Source of the DNA: Candidatus Methylomirabilis limnetica
GTDB taxonomy: Bacteria > Methylomirabilota > Methylomirabilia > Methylomirabilales > Methylomirabilaceae
NCBI RefSeq assembly: GCF_003044035.1
Contig: NZ_NVQC01000015.1
Coordinates: 120,001-152,000, forward strand
Direction: 5' to 3'
DNA: 32,000 bases
Shown: one piece after another, positions 31,881-32,000 of the stretch
Layout of the letters: the number at the start of each line of letters is the position of its first letter
How positions within the stretch are numbered: the first letter of the stretch is position 1
Program-made: the position numbers and the translations under genes
The notes under the pieces: generated by a model
What the model was told of the DNA's origin: nothing
Database searches by the model: none
The model's input: the letters and a program-made list of their open reading frames with translations, nothing else

Positions 31881-32000
31881 TCATTGATCGGGCTGCCGAA
31901 CGCGCCCGGCGATGGCTGGGGGCAGCCGCAGGAAGTCCTTGGTGTTCCAAGTGTAGAGAGTTTTAGCTTGGGCTTTGAGCGCGCAATAGCCGAGCAGGGC
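31881..32000 (-). CDS. PIN-domain (VapC-like) toxin, C-terminal 39 codons only (continues off-window)
   Basis: My translation from the window edge: ALLGYCALKAQAKTLYTWNTKDFLRLPPAIAGRVRQPDQ*. This fits the PIN C-terminal pattern ...A..A......L.T.N.KDF.R(I/L)P. Confidence 0.6.
   Translation of the reverse strand, partial: ALLGYCALKAQAKTLYTWNTKDFLRLPPAIAGRVRQPDQ

Overview
GC-rich (about 60% by eye) bacterial chromosomal window. I call 31 protein-coding genes (26 on the minus strand) and one tRNA-Val(GAC). I saw no rRNA, CRISPR array, transposase, integrase or phage genes. Layout: (1) 1-3440, plus strand: 5'-truncated CDC48-like double AAA+ ATPase, a ParE/RelE-type toxin-antitoxin (TA) pair, and an adenosine-specific-kinase-family gene. 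(2) 3748-23381: an almost unbroken minus-strand run. It reads receiver-only response regulator (behind a near-consensus sigma-54 promoter), YVTN beta-propeller, CBS pair, two-gene pyruvate/2-oxoacid:ferredoxin oxidoreductase, NirJ/AhbD-like radical SAM, USP, APH-fold kinase, CysC-like P-loop kinase with a Cys-rich tail, CBS-ACT, tandem USP, P-type ATPase, RHH protein, GNAT, 45-aa basic ORF, Lon-like protease, Hsp20, YbaK-like deacylase. (3) 23814-24451: vapBC, then ftsH. (4) 26881-31620: the conserved tRNA-Val/thrS-infC-rpmI-rplT-pheS block, without pheT. (5) A PIN-domain gene fragment at the right edge. Three things stand out. First, USP x3, CBS, Hsp20, CtpF-like ATPase and APH+P-loop kinase genes are consolidated into one co-directional island that resembles the mycobacterial DosR dormancy gene set. 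Second, nearly every intergenic gap over 100 bp is filled by at least six unrelated palindromic repeat families. One of these is a three-copy mosaic hairpin-chain element whose internal 23-nt hairpin module occurs 0, 1 or 2 times. Third, a sigma-54 promoter with an upstream palindrome sits in front of the regulator/propeller/oxidoreductase run. All functional calls come from reading motifs in the supplied translations. No database search was run.
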